Under the pieces are notes generated by a model that did no database searches, had not been told where the DNA came from, and saw nothing but the letters and a program-made list of their open reading frames with translations. Below, one piece after another: positions 53,117-61,116 of a stretch of 64,000 nt of DNA; within the stretch, counting starts at the first letter, position 1; each line of letters begins with the position of its first letter. The stretch is taken from positions 445,698 to 509,697 of the forward strand of contig CAVPAN010000010.1 of the NCBI GenBank assembly GCA_963701565.1, written 5' to 3'. The DNA comes from an uncultured Microthrixaceae bacterium. Its GTDB lineage: Bacteria > Actinomycetota > Acidimicrobiia > Acidimicrobiales > DATDAH01. The position numbers and the translations under genes are program-made.

Positions 53117-53303
53117 CGAGCTCCTGTGGCCGACGCTGACATCGCCGCGTGCTCTGTTGCGCCAGACGAACCTGCGTTTGCTCTAGATCGCATCCGCCGA
53201 GCGCTGAACTGAACCGCCGCCTCCGGGGTCAGCTCGGCTCCGAGAGGGCGCCCCACCCCCCGTGGCTACCGTCGAGGGTGGTCCCCCTGAAAGGAACAGT
53301 CCC

Positions 53304-53687
53304 ATGAATCTGATCGGCAAGCTCGCCCAAACCGGCGCGGCGCTCTGGATCTTCAACGTCTGGTTCTTGAGGTTCAACAGGGACACGGGCTATCGAGGCG
53401 GCAGCGCGAAGAACATGAAGGAGGAGTTCGCGGTGTACGGGCTCTCCGAGCCGGCGATGTACGCCGTCGGAGCCACGAAGGTGGGCCTCGCAACCACGAT
53501 GCTGGTCGGGCACGCCGTGCCCCGAGTCACGCGGCCCGCCTCGATCGGCCTCGCCGCGATGATGCTCGGTGCGATCGGAATGCACATCAAGGTCGGGGAC
53601 CCGGTGAAGCAATACCTCCCTGCGCTCTCGGTCTTCGCGTTGGCCACCACCTCGGCCATCCTCAACGGAGACGGGCGCAGCGAATGA
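53304..53687 (+). CDS. DoxX family membrane protein
   Basis: MNLIGKLAQTGAALWIFNVWFLRF...GLAAMMLGAIGMHIKVGD... Confidence 0.7.
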   Translation: MNLIGKLAQTGAALWIFNVWFLRFNRDTGYRGGSAKNMKEEFAVYGLSEPAMYAVGATKVGLATTMLVGHAVPRVTRPASIGLAAMMLGAIGMHIKVGDPVKQYLPALSVFALATTSAILNGDGRSE

Positions 53688-53980
53688 GGCCCTCGTGGCT
53701 GAAGCACTGGCCATCAACAGCGCGGATCCGCCCGGAGCGCGTCCGATGACGGATGATGATGCGCCGCTGTGAGTAAGTATGCGTGCATCACCGGGGGACT
53801 GTGTCCTGCCATGTGTGTCCTGAGCGAGGCCACACCCGGATGATCAAGAAGAGCTGACCCGGCGGGTCGCCCCGACAGGCCCGCCGGCGTGGGCCTCGGC
53901 CCGCAACCCGGCCCGCACCGACGTGAGCAGATCACGGACCTCGGGTCCGGGGGCGACCGGCCCGGATCTACGCTCCCAGG

Positions 53981-54904
53981 GTGCTGCTGCTGGACGGGGC
54001 CATGGGGACCGAGCTCGAGGCCCGGGGGGTGCGGGTGCCCGACCACGTCACCTCGGTGTGGTCGGCGCTGGCCCTCGACGAGGCGCCCGAGGCTGTGGTC
54101 GGCGTCCATCGCGACCACCTGACTGCCGGGGCCGAGGTGATCACGGCCAACAACTACGCCGTGACCCGTCCGCTGTTGGCTCGGGAAGGGCTCGACGACC
54201 GGCTCGACGAGCTGACGCTCGCGGCCGTCGCCCTGGCCCAACGGGCCCGGGACGAGTCGGCGGGGGAGCGGCCGGTGCGGGTCGCCGGCTCGCTGCCGCC
54301 GTTGGAGACCAGCTACCGGGCCGACCTCGTCCTCGCCGACGAGGTGCTGGCCGAGGAGTACGGCCACCTGGCCCGGCTCCTGGCGCCCCGGGTCGACATC
54401 CTGCTCTGCGAGACGATGGCCAGCGCCCGGGAGGCCCGGGCGGCCGCCCGGGCCGCGTGCGCCGCCGCCGCCATGGCGCCCGACCGGCCCGAGGTGTGGG
54501 TGAGCTGGACGATGCAGGGCAACCGCCCCGGTCGCCTGCCCAGTGGTGAGAACGTCGAGGCCGCCCTGGCGTCGGTGTCGGACCTCCCGGTCGACGCCCA
54601 CCTGGTCAACTGCTGCGGGGCCAACTTCGTGGCCGACGCCGTCCGCCGCCTGCGGAACCTCACCGACACCCCGCTGGGGGGCTACGCCAACTCGTCCACC
54701 GTCGACCCCCTGCCGCCAGGCGAGCCGCCGGTGGCCCCCGACCAGGTCGAGCAGGTCCCCCAGACCCCGCTCGACGTCGAGGGCTACGCCGCCGAGGTCG
54801 CCACGTGGATCGACGCCGGCGCCACGGTCGTCGGTGGCTGCTGCTACACGACTCCTGCCCACATCGCCCGCCTCCGCCGCCTGCTGGACGAGCGTCCGAC
54901 CTGA
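53981..54904 (+). CDS. Homocysteine S-methyltransferase family protein
   Basis: LLLDGAMGTELEARG...VITANNY...ILLCETM...HLVNCCG...VVGGCCYTTPAHI (zinc-binding Cys pattern). Confidence 0.85.
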   Translation: MLLLDGAMGTELEARGVRVPDHVTSVWSALALDEAPEAVVGVHRDHLTAGAEVITANNYAVTRPLLAREGLDDRLDELTLAAVALAQRARDESAGERPVRVAGSLPPLETSYRADLVLADEVLAEEYGHLARLLAPRVDILLCETMASAREARAAARAACAAAAMAPDRPEVWVSWTMQGNRPGRLPSGENVEAALASVSDLPVDAHLVNCCGANFVADAVRRLRNLTDTPLGGYANSSTVDPLPPGEPPVAPDQVEQVPQTPLDVEGYAAEVATWIDAGATVVGGCCYTTPAHIARLRRLLDERPT

Positions 54905-54954
54905 CGAGATCCGGCGCCGGCCGCCACGGCGGCCCCTCCGGAGGCCACAGGAGA

Positions 54955-55030
54955 GGTCAACGGCCGGGTCGGGGTCTACATCCGGGTCTCCGACCCGTCA
55001 GCAGGCCGAGACCGGGCTCTCGCATCCGAA
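54955..55030 (+). mobile_element. Remnant of a serine recombinase N-terminus
   Basis: VNGRVGVYIRVSDPS, then a shift, then QQAETGLS. This resembles the catalytic-serine block (..vYiRVSt..Q...GLS). Nothing recognisable follows. Confidence 0.3.
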
Positions 55031-55104
55031 TGGGGACGACAACGCCCGGTCCGACTCGTCCGGGTCCCCGTCAGGTGCCCTGACGCTGCGACTTCGCCGG
55101 GCGT

Positions 55105-55380
55105 CTACGCCGAGATCTTGGCGGCGTACTTGCGCTGGGCGGCCTGCTTGGACACGCCGAGCATCGCTCCGATCTCGGACCAGGAACGATCAGCGTTGCG
55201 AGCATCTCGGATCGCATCGAGCAACGCCGCGTCGACGTCGTCTCGCCGTTCCACAAGCTCGGCGATGGTCCGAAGTGCTGCCGTCTTCGCCTCGACGAGA
55301 TCATCGGCGTCGACGTTGTCGGCCCAACGCTCGAGGGCGTCGGCGCGTTGTGCTCGTGTGGTCGTCATGGGGTCCACCAA
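55105..55380 (-). CDS. HTH-containing antitoxin candidate
   Basis: ...RSWSEIGAMLGVSKQAAQRKYAAK. It overlaps the upstream toxin-like ORF by 16 nt. Confidence 0.5.
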   Translation of the reverse strand: MVDPMTTTRAQRADALERWADNVDADDLVEAKTAALRTIAELVERRDDVDAALLDAIRDARNADRSWSEIGAMLGVSKQAAQRKYAAKISA

Positions 55381-55601
55381 CCTTTCAGGAACTGGGATCG
55401 GGCGGGCATCGCATGGATGACCGCGACGCCATCGGCATCATCGACGACACCAACTTCCAGCGGCTCACCCTTCGCTGACGGTCCGATGAACATCGTGACG
55501 TCGGGATCGTCGGTCTCGAAGCCTCGCCAGTGGTGTCGGAGTGCGTGGAGCATGTCGTCATCGGAGACACCGTGCTTGCGGGCGCTTGCCTCGATGTCCA
55601 C
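55365..55601 (-). CDS. BrnT-like (DUF497-type) toxin candidate
   Basis: MDIEASARKHGVSDDDMLHALRH...MFIGPSAKGEPLEVGVVDDADGVAVIHAMPARSQF. Confidence 0.45.
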   Translation of the reverse strand: MDIEASARKHGVSDDDMLHALRHHWRGFETDDPDVTMFIGPSAKGEPLEVGVVDDADGVAVIHAMPARSQFLKGWWTP

Positions 55602-56042
55602 TTGGTCAGGCTACGGCTCCAACCACCCGGACGTCAACATGTGTTGACGCTAGTCGTCGAGGTTAATAGTGATTGCACCCGGGTACTTGTCGAGATCGGC
55701 GCCGTCCGACGCGGTCGGATGAACGATCCGAATGCGCACCGAGGTAGTCATCCGAAGTGGCCGCGATGGCTACAGCGACGACTACTGATGGGCTGTCCAC
55801 GCTCGGCGGGTGGTTCAGTTACTTCGGTACCTCTGACCCAGAGCGGCCAAGATTGACTCCATGGCGAGAGAGCCGCACTCGGATCGGAGGGGTGAAGCCG
55901 CAGATCGCTTCGGATGGGCCCGTCGGCGCAGCCGAGTCGGGCCGGGTTTGGTCTATCGCACCGTGTACAAGACGCCGGTTGTTGGCCACGTGGTGGATCA
56001 GCTTCGGTCGGACCTCTTCGCGTGGACCACGACCGGAAACAT

Positions 56043-56741
56043 GTGACACCCAACACTCAGTGCCAGCGGTGCGGCACCACGTATCGGCATGTTCCAGCTA
56101 CGAGGAAGCAGATCGCCAAGCGAGCGGGTGGTCCCTACTCGTCCTTGCGCGACCGACGCTCCGTCAAGAAGGCGCTCAGGTACCAGCGATGTCCGAAATG
56201 CGGCTCGAATGAGACGAGGCTGATCGCTGTTGCCGGCTGGTACGCGGATCCGTACGGCGGAACGCGGCCCCGCTACTGGGACGGCTACGAATGGACGAGA
56301 CGCACACGGAAGGCTCCGGTCCGGCGCCTCGTCGGCCGGCGGCCCGAGTGCGTGGGCAAGTGCCGGGAGATCGTTGGCTGCAATGTCCCAGAGGAGGTCG
56401 AGATCGACTCGGTGAGGGTCCGCCTCGATCGATGGTCGACCCCGGCTGACCAAGTCGGCGGCGGTTGCGCACATGCGCCGGATGTCGTTGAGCCGCTTCC
56501 AGTCGCCTCTGCTCATAGGCGGACTGCGTCAGCGCGGATGTCGTCATCGTCGGGGAGCAACCCGCCCGCTGAGACCACGTCGACGTCGCGGCCCAGAAGC
56601 TCCTCGAGCTCCATCTCCACCCGGGCCAGATCGAACAGCGAGGCGCCTCGACCGAACTCGACAAGGAAGTCGAGATCGCTCCCCGGTCCTTCCTCTCCCC
56701 TGGCGACCGAGCCGAACAACGCAACCGACGTTCCCTTGTGA
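56043..56741 (+). CDS. Zinc-ribbon + DUF2510 protein; only the first ~95 codons are supported, the 3' extent is uncertain
   Basis: GTG 56043 gives VTPNTQCQRCGTTY...RYQRCPKCGSNETRLIAVAGWYADPYGGTRPRYWDGYEWT. The ORF has no stop before 56741 and overlaps hepT/mntA on the other strand. Confidence 0.45.
   Translation: MTPNTQCQRCGTTYRHVPATRKQIAKRAGGPYSSLRDRRSVKKALRYQRCPKCGSNETRLIAVAGWYADPYGGTRPRYWDGYEWTRRTRKAPVRRLVGRRPECVGKCREIVGCNVPEEVEIDSVRVRLDRWSTPADQVGGGCAHAPDVVEPLPVASAHRRTASARMSSSSGSNPPAETTSTSRPRSSSSSISTRARSNSEAPRPNSTRKSRSLPGPSSPLATEPNNATDVPL
56337..56516 (-). pseudogene. hepT: HepT-like (DUF86) toxin, internally deleted and without a nearby stop
   Basis: MSRGDWKRLNDIRRMCATAADLV...PHRVDLDLLWDIAANDLPALAHAL matches the HepT ends (L.DI.. 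and H.Y..vDldivW..v..dLP.L). The central ~50 aa, including Rx4HxY, is missing. ATGA overlap with mntA. Confidence 0.45.
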
Positions 56742-56824
56742 CGCGCCACGATCGACTTGATCTCCCTTCGGTGCGCCTCGACCAGCGCCCGTAGCGAACT
56801 CGTCGTCTCGACCACGGCGTTCAT
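56513..56824 (-). CDS. mntA: MNT-type nucleotidyltransferase antitoxin
   Basis: MNAVVETTSSLRALVEAHRREIKSIVARHKGTSVALFGSVARGEEGPGSDLDFLVEF... (GS.aRGe...SDlD). Confidence 0.8.
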   Translation of the reverse strand: MNAVVETTSSLRALVEAHRREIKSIVARHKGTSVALFGSVARGEEGPGSDLDFLVEFGRGASLFDLARVEMELEELLGRDVDVVSAGGLLPDDDDIRADAVRL

Positions 56825-57258
56825 CCTACGAGCGCCGCCAAGCGCTACCGGGAAGGTTCGACGCTCGGGGCACCGGCGGCAGATCGGGCCGGCGATGCCG
56901 CAGAGGAAGACATCGACGCCCCGGTCCCGGATCTCGTCGTCGACCAGGTCGGCGCCGCCCTGTTGGTGGATCGTGACGCCCGCCACCTCGATGGTGATGC
57001 CCCACACCCGGCCGCAGCGGTAGCGGCCGGCAGCCAGGTCGTCGAGGGCGTCGCAGGTCAGCTCGCCGTCGGAGGGCACCTTCACGCCCAGCACCAGCTT
57101 CGGAAGCGGTGCCGACGGATCGCTCATCGGTGCCCGAAGCGATGACCGCCACAAAGGTGACCCCGGCCCCGCCGTCCTCGGTGCAGAAGGCGCCGGTGAG
57201 CCGGTGCGCCGAGAAGGCATGGACCTTGACGAGTTCCAGCCCTACCGGCGGGACGCCC

Positions 57259-57696
57259 ATGGCCTCCGCGGCTCACGACCGCGGGCCACGCAATACTCGG
57301 CGGGTGCCCAACGCCTGCCGCCTCCACCACCTGACCCTCACGGTCACCGACCTCGAGGCCAGCGTCGCCTGGTACGGCCGGGTCCTCGGCCTCGACCGGT
57401 TCGCTGATCGCTCCGGGCCGGGATGGGAACGGATCCTGGTGGGCTCGCCCGGCGAACTGCTCATCGGCCTCACCCGGCACGACGCAACGGCGTCCGGCGA
57501 GGCGTTCGACCCGGCGCGGGTGGGTCTCGATCACCTCTCCGTCGCCTGCGAGGACCGATCCGAGGTCGAGGTCTGGGCCGATCACCTCAGCGCACTCGGC
57601 GTGGCCCACGAGGACATCGTCGACGCCCCCGCCGGCCACGTGCTGGTCTGCCAGGACCCCGACGGCATTCCCGTGGAGTTCTTCGCTTCCCGGTGA
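57259..57696 (+). CDS. VOC (glyoxalase/bleomycin-resistance) family protein
   Basis: ...RLHHLTLTVTDLEASVAWYGRVLGL...GLDHLSVACEDRSEVEVWADHL...PDGIPVEFF. Confidence 0.75.
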   Translation: MASAAHDRGPRNTRRVPNACRLHHLTLTVTDLEASVAWYGRVLGLDRFADRSGPGWERILVGSPGELLIGLTRHDATASGEAFDPARVGLDHLSVACEDRSEVEVWADHLSALGVAHEDIVDAPAGHVLVCQDPDGIPVEFFASR

Positions 57697-58006
57697 AGCG
57701 GGCAACTGGGCGGGAGATTGTCGCCCTGGTCGGGCTCGGGCTCGGGCACGTCGACGGTGTCCGACTGCGTTCCGGGGCAGGAGATCGTCGGCCTCGACGC
57801 CCTCGACCGGCGGGAGCCCGTGTTCTCCCGCGAACCGGGCCAGACCGGGTCGCTGTCAGCCGCCGGCGGCAACGTCGTGACTGCTTCCCCGAGCACGGTT
57901 CGGACGACCAGCCCCGTCCCCGTCATCGGCCCCGTCGCCTGAACACGTTCACCGAGGATCTGGGCTTAGGGTCGGGGCGATCCATCACGAGGGAGTGGGG
58001 GCCGGG

Positions 58007-59197
58007 ATGCAGGGCGCGCGGGTCAGGACGAAGGCTGTGGGTGCGGCGTTGGCGATGGCCGTGCTGGTGGTCGCCTGCGGCGGTGACGACAGCGGCGAAA
58101 GCGGCGAGGGATCGGAGTCGTCGCCGACCACCACGAGCCCGCCGACGGTGGCACTGGACGACTACGAGTGGGCCGAGGTGGCCGAAGGGGCGCCCTGGGG
58201 CGGCCGCGCCGGGCTTCGGGTCGTGGACCTCGACGGCACGTTGTTCCTGATGGGGGGCCGCACACCGCGGGACTCGCCCATCCCCGGCGACAGCGACCTC
58301 TGGGGTGACGTGTGGCGCAGCGACGACGGCGGCGTCACCTGGGCGGAGGTCGTGGCGACCGGTGACGCCTGGCCGGAACGGGCGTACTTCCAGGCGGTGA
58401 CCCTCGACGGGTCGATCTACGTGCTGGGCGGACAGAACTTCGCCCTGCCCAGCTCCACCTTCTACAACGACGTGTGGCGCAGCGACGACGGGGCGACCTG
58501 GGAACAGGTCACCGACGCCGCCCCGTGGGTCGGCCGGGCCGGGTTGATGGCCGCGGTCCTCGATGGCCAGATCTACGTCTTCGGCGGTTCCCGCAACGAC
58601 GACAGCGCCGTCGTGGGGCCGGGTGGACCGACACGCGAGTACTTCAACGACGTGTGGCGCAGCGACGACGGGGCGACCTGGGAACAGGTCACCGACGCCG
58701 CCCCGTGGTCACCACGGGCCGGGGGCGCTGCGGCCGTCAAGGACGACCGGCTGTTCCTGCTGGGCGGTGAGGAGGGGTTCGTCTGCTCGCCGCTACCCGA
58801 TTGCGAGCCCCCGTACTTCAACGACGTGTGGTCCACCGCCGACGGCACGACCTGGGAGGAGGTCACCCCGGCGGCGGACTGGTCCTCGCGCCCCGGACAC
58901 CAGTGTGAGGTCCTCGGCGACGAGATCGTCTGCTTCGGCGGGTTCGGCCAGCCCACGAACCCCGTGGACATGTGGTCGAGCCAGGACGGCGCGGACTGGG
59001 TGCTGCTGGACCAGACCCCCTGGAACGCCACGGACCCAGACCAGGTCCGGTACGACTTCGACTCGGTGGTGACCGACCGGGACGGCGGGCCGGCCATCCT
59101 CACCGTCGGCGGCGATCGCGAGACCTTCGACTTCACCGACCCGCTGAACTACACCCGGGTCGATGACGACGTCTGGGCCTTCTCGGCACCGGCCTGA
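58007..59197 (+). CDS. Lipoprotein with Kelch-type beta-propeller repeats
   Basis: MQGARVRTKAVGAALAMAVLVVACGG (lipobox). The blades NDVWRSDDGATWEQVTDAAPW..RAG......G.IYV.GG recur. Confidence 0.75.
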   Translation: MQGARVRTKAVGAALAMAVLVVACGGDDSGESGEGSESSPTTTSPPTVALDDYEWAEVAEGAPWGGRAGLRVVDLDGTLFLMGGRTPRDSPIPGDSDLWGDVWRSDDGGVTWAEVVATGDAWPERAYFQAVTLDGSIYVLGGQNFALPSSTFYNDVWRSDDGATWEQVTDAAPWVGRAGLMAAVLDGQIYVFGGSRNDDSAVVGPGGPTREYFNDVWRSDDGATWEQVTDAAPWSPRAGGAAAVKDDRLFLLGGEEGFVCSPLPDCEPPYFNDVWSTADGTTWEEVTPAADWSSRPGHQCEVLGDEIVCFGGFGQPTNPVDMWSSQDGADWVLLDQTPWNATDPDQVRYDFDSVVTDRDGGPAILTVGGDRETFDFTDPLNYTRVDDDVWAFSAPA

Positions 59198-59254
59198 CAT
59201 CTGGGCCGGCATGACCCAGAGCAGCTTCGATCCCAGCCGGTACCGGTGGCGTAG

Positions 59255-59539
59255 GTGACCGGCGACCCCGACGGCTCCTACCTCGTCCATCACGACTACA
59301 CGATCCTCGGCCACGACCTCGCGGCCGGGACCCTGGACATGATCGTGCGCTGGAACGGCGACGGCGGCCAATGCCCCATCCACCGCCACACCGCCACGAC
59401 GACCGAGTTGGTGCTCGAGGACGAGCAACACCTCTGGGCCATCGGCCCCGACGGGTCCCGGGGCGAGCACCGGGTCCGCCACGCCGGTGACTACGCGCTG
59501 ACCACCGCCGAGGCCCTCCGAGGAGCCACCCGAGCTTGA
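59255..59539 (+). CDS. Cupin-like small protein (weak call)
   Basis: ...GQCPIHRHTATTTELVLEDEQHLW... resembles ChrR-type cupin strands. The C-terminus is possibly truncated. Confidence 0.3.
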   Translation: MTGDPDGSYLVHHDYTILGHDLAAGTLDMIVRWNGDGGQCPIHRHTATTTELVLEDEQHLWAIGPDGSRGEHRVRHAGDYALTTAEALRGATRA

Positions 59540-59822
59540 GTTCTTCCGCAGATCACGTGCCCTTGGGATGGCTCGGATCGATCGCTGAGCTCCTCGATGA
59601 CCTGGGTGTGCCCTGGGTCCTCGCCGGTGCCCTCGCTGCCGATCGGTATCGGGCCGGGCCGCGCTACACCGCCGATCTCGACCTCCTGGTGACCTGGGAC
59701 GAACGCCTGCCACGAACAGGCCGACAACAGCACCGTCTACGACCTCGTGATGGCCGTCGCGGCGGGCGACGCCGAGCTCGCCGAGATCGCCCAGGCACTG
59801 CAGGAGCTCGTCGAAGGCGACT
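59536..59822 (+). pseudogene. Two fused gene remnants: a nucleotidyltransferase-fold N-terminus and a Doc toxin C-terminus
   Basis: ...IAELLDDLGVPWVLAGALAADRYRAGPRYTADLDLLV... is followed, in another frame, by ADNSTVYDLVMAVAAGDAELAEIAQALQELVEGD*. Compare Doc 42815..43219: NADVYDLVIRVAGGEADVATIAAHLQQIIEG. Confidence 0.45.
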
Positions 59823-59885
59823 AGGCACGTTCTCGCGTCGGTCTCTCCCCGATGGAGGACGCCACGACCACGTCCGACGGCGGGG

Positions 59886-60961
59886 TCAGTCACAGCCCGG
59901 CACCGAGAAGGCGGTGGCGGTGGCGTAGGTCATCTCGGGCAGATAGACGCCCATCGTGGTCGCCTCGTCCCCCGGGGCCTGGACCCGGGCTATGGCCTCC
60001 TGGAAGCCCGGGGCCGCCAGGATCTGGCGCAGGATCAGGGTGCCGGCGTAGTAGCCACCCTGCTCGGTGGCGTCGAGGCCGGCGATCTCCGCCTCCTGGG
60101 GGGTCCCCGCCCAGAACGACGACAGCAGCGCCTGGCGGGCGTTGAAGAACCGGGTCCACTGCGGCGGGTCCTGGGCCGGGTGGGTGGCCGGGTCACCGAG
60201 GGCCACCAGCTCCCGGTACTGGTCGACCGACAGCGTCGGCAGGTCGGTAGGAAGCGCCGTGACGGCCTCGAGGGCGATGCAGGCCTCCTCGCCAGTCGAC
60301 GTCGTGCCGTCCGCGGTCTGGAGCGCCGGCTCCGGCAGGGGCACCCCGCCGAGGAGGTCGGTGCCCTCGTCGGGGACGTAGACGCGGAAGATGATCTGGA
60401 CCTCGGTGACCTCACCCTCGGAGGCGGGAGATCGGGCGTAGAGCGTGTTCCTGGCCCGGTCGCCATCTGCCGGTCGCACCTCCCCCAGGACCTCGACGGT
60501 GTACGAGCGCTCGGTGACCGTGCGATCGGCGCCGGGCGCAAACGGGTTGGTCAGCCGTCGTCGGGCCCGATCTCGACGTCGGCCAAGGCATCCAGGGGCA
60601 GGCCCGGCTCGCCGGTCGCCGGGTCGGGGCCGTAGGCGTTGAACGACACGTACCGGCCGTGGGGGTACTCCCCGGCCAGGCGCAGGGTCGAGCCGGCGGG
60701 CAGCCGCACCGCGGTGAACCAGTAGGCGGCGCCGGTGTCGGGGTACTGGGTGTTGTTGGTGGCGAGGGTCGTGGGCTCGGACCAGAAGCACGGCGACCGA
60801 GCCGACGCCGTACTCGACGCCGGAGCGGCCTCGTCACCGGACCCGTCTTCCGAGCACGCCCCGGCCACGACGAGGAAGACCATCAGGAGAAGGACGGACC
60901 TCGATCGTCCCCTGGTCACGCGGTCGTGCCGGGGTGAGCCCGAACGAAACGGGTCCCTCAT
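59886..60961 (-). pseudogene. Lipoprotein of unknown function with one frameshift (~60551-60560)
   Basis: MRDPFRSGSPRHDRVTRGRSRSVLLLMVFLVVAGACSED...ADVEIGPDDG, then a shift, then TNPFAPGADRTVTERSYTVEVLGEV...FSVPGCD (ORFs 60551..60976 and 59886..60791). Confidence 0.55.
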
Positions 60962-61116
60962 CTCCTCGGGTCCCACACGTTCACGGAGCCTTCCCTGCCC
61001 TGGCGTCGCCCCATGGTGTCAGAGCGCTCCGCTGGAGGCCGCCCTCGGGGCTGCCGCACTCGGCCCCCGGATCGTTGTAGTAGCCGTCCGCCCTATTTTA
61101 GCACTAAACTCGGGTC

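Noticed and set aside
53780-53900. Riboswitch upstream of the homocysteine S-methyltransferase gene (imperfect nested hairpins atcaccggg...cccggatgat)
   Set aside because: I could not align it to any SAM, SAH or B12 riboswitch consensus I know. The pairing is imperfect and was found only by eye. It needs an Rfam scan before it is worth reporting.
53714-54862. 382-aa minus-strand ORF
   Set aside because: It is antisense to the homocysteine S-methyltransferase gene, which carries clear family motifs.
56825-57127. In-frame extension upstream of mntA (MSDPSAPLPKLVLGVKVPSDGELTCDALDDLAAGRYRCGRVWGITIEVAGVTIHQQGG...)
   Set aside because: The composition is coding-like, but I recognise no family. 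It is continuous with mntA without a stop and partly overlaps the VOC gene region on the other strand. It is probably a remnant of an unknown gene and is not called.
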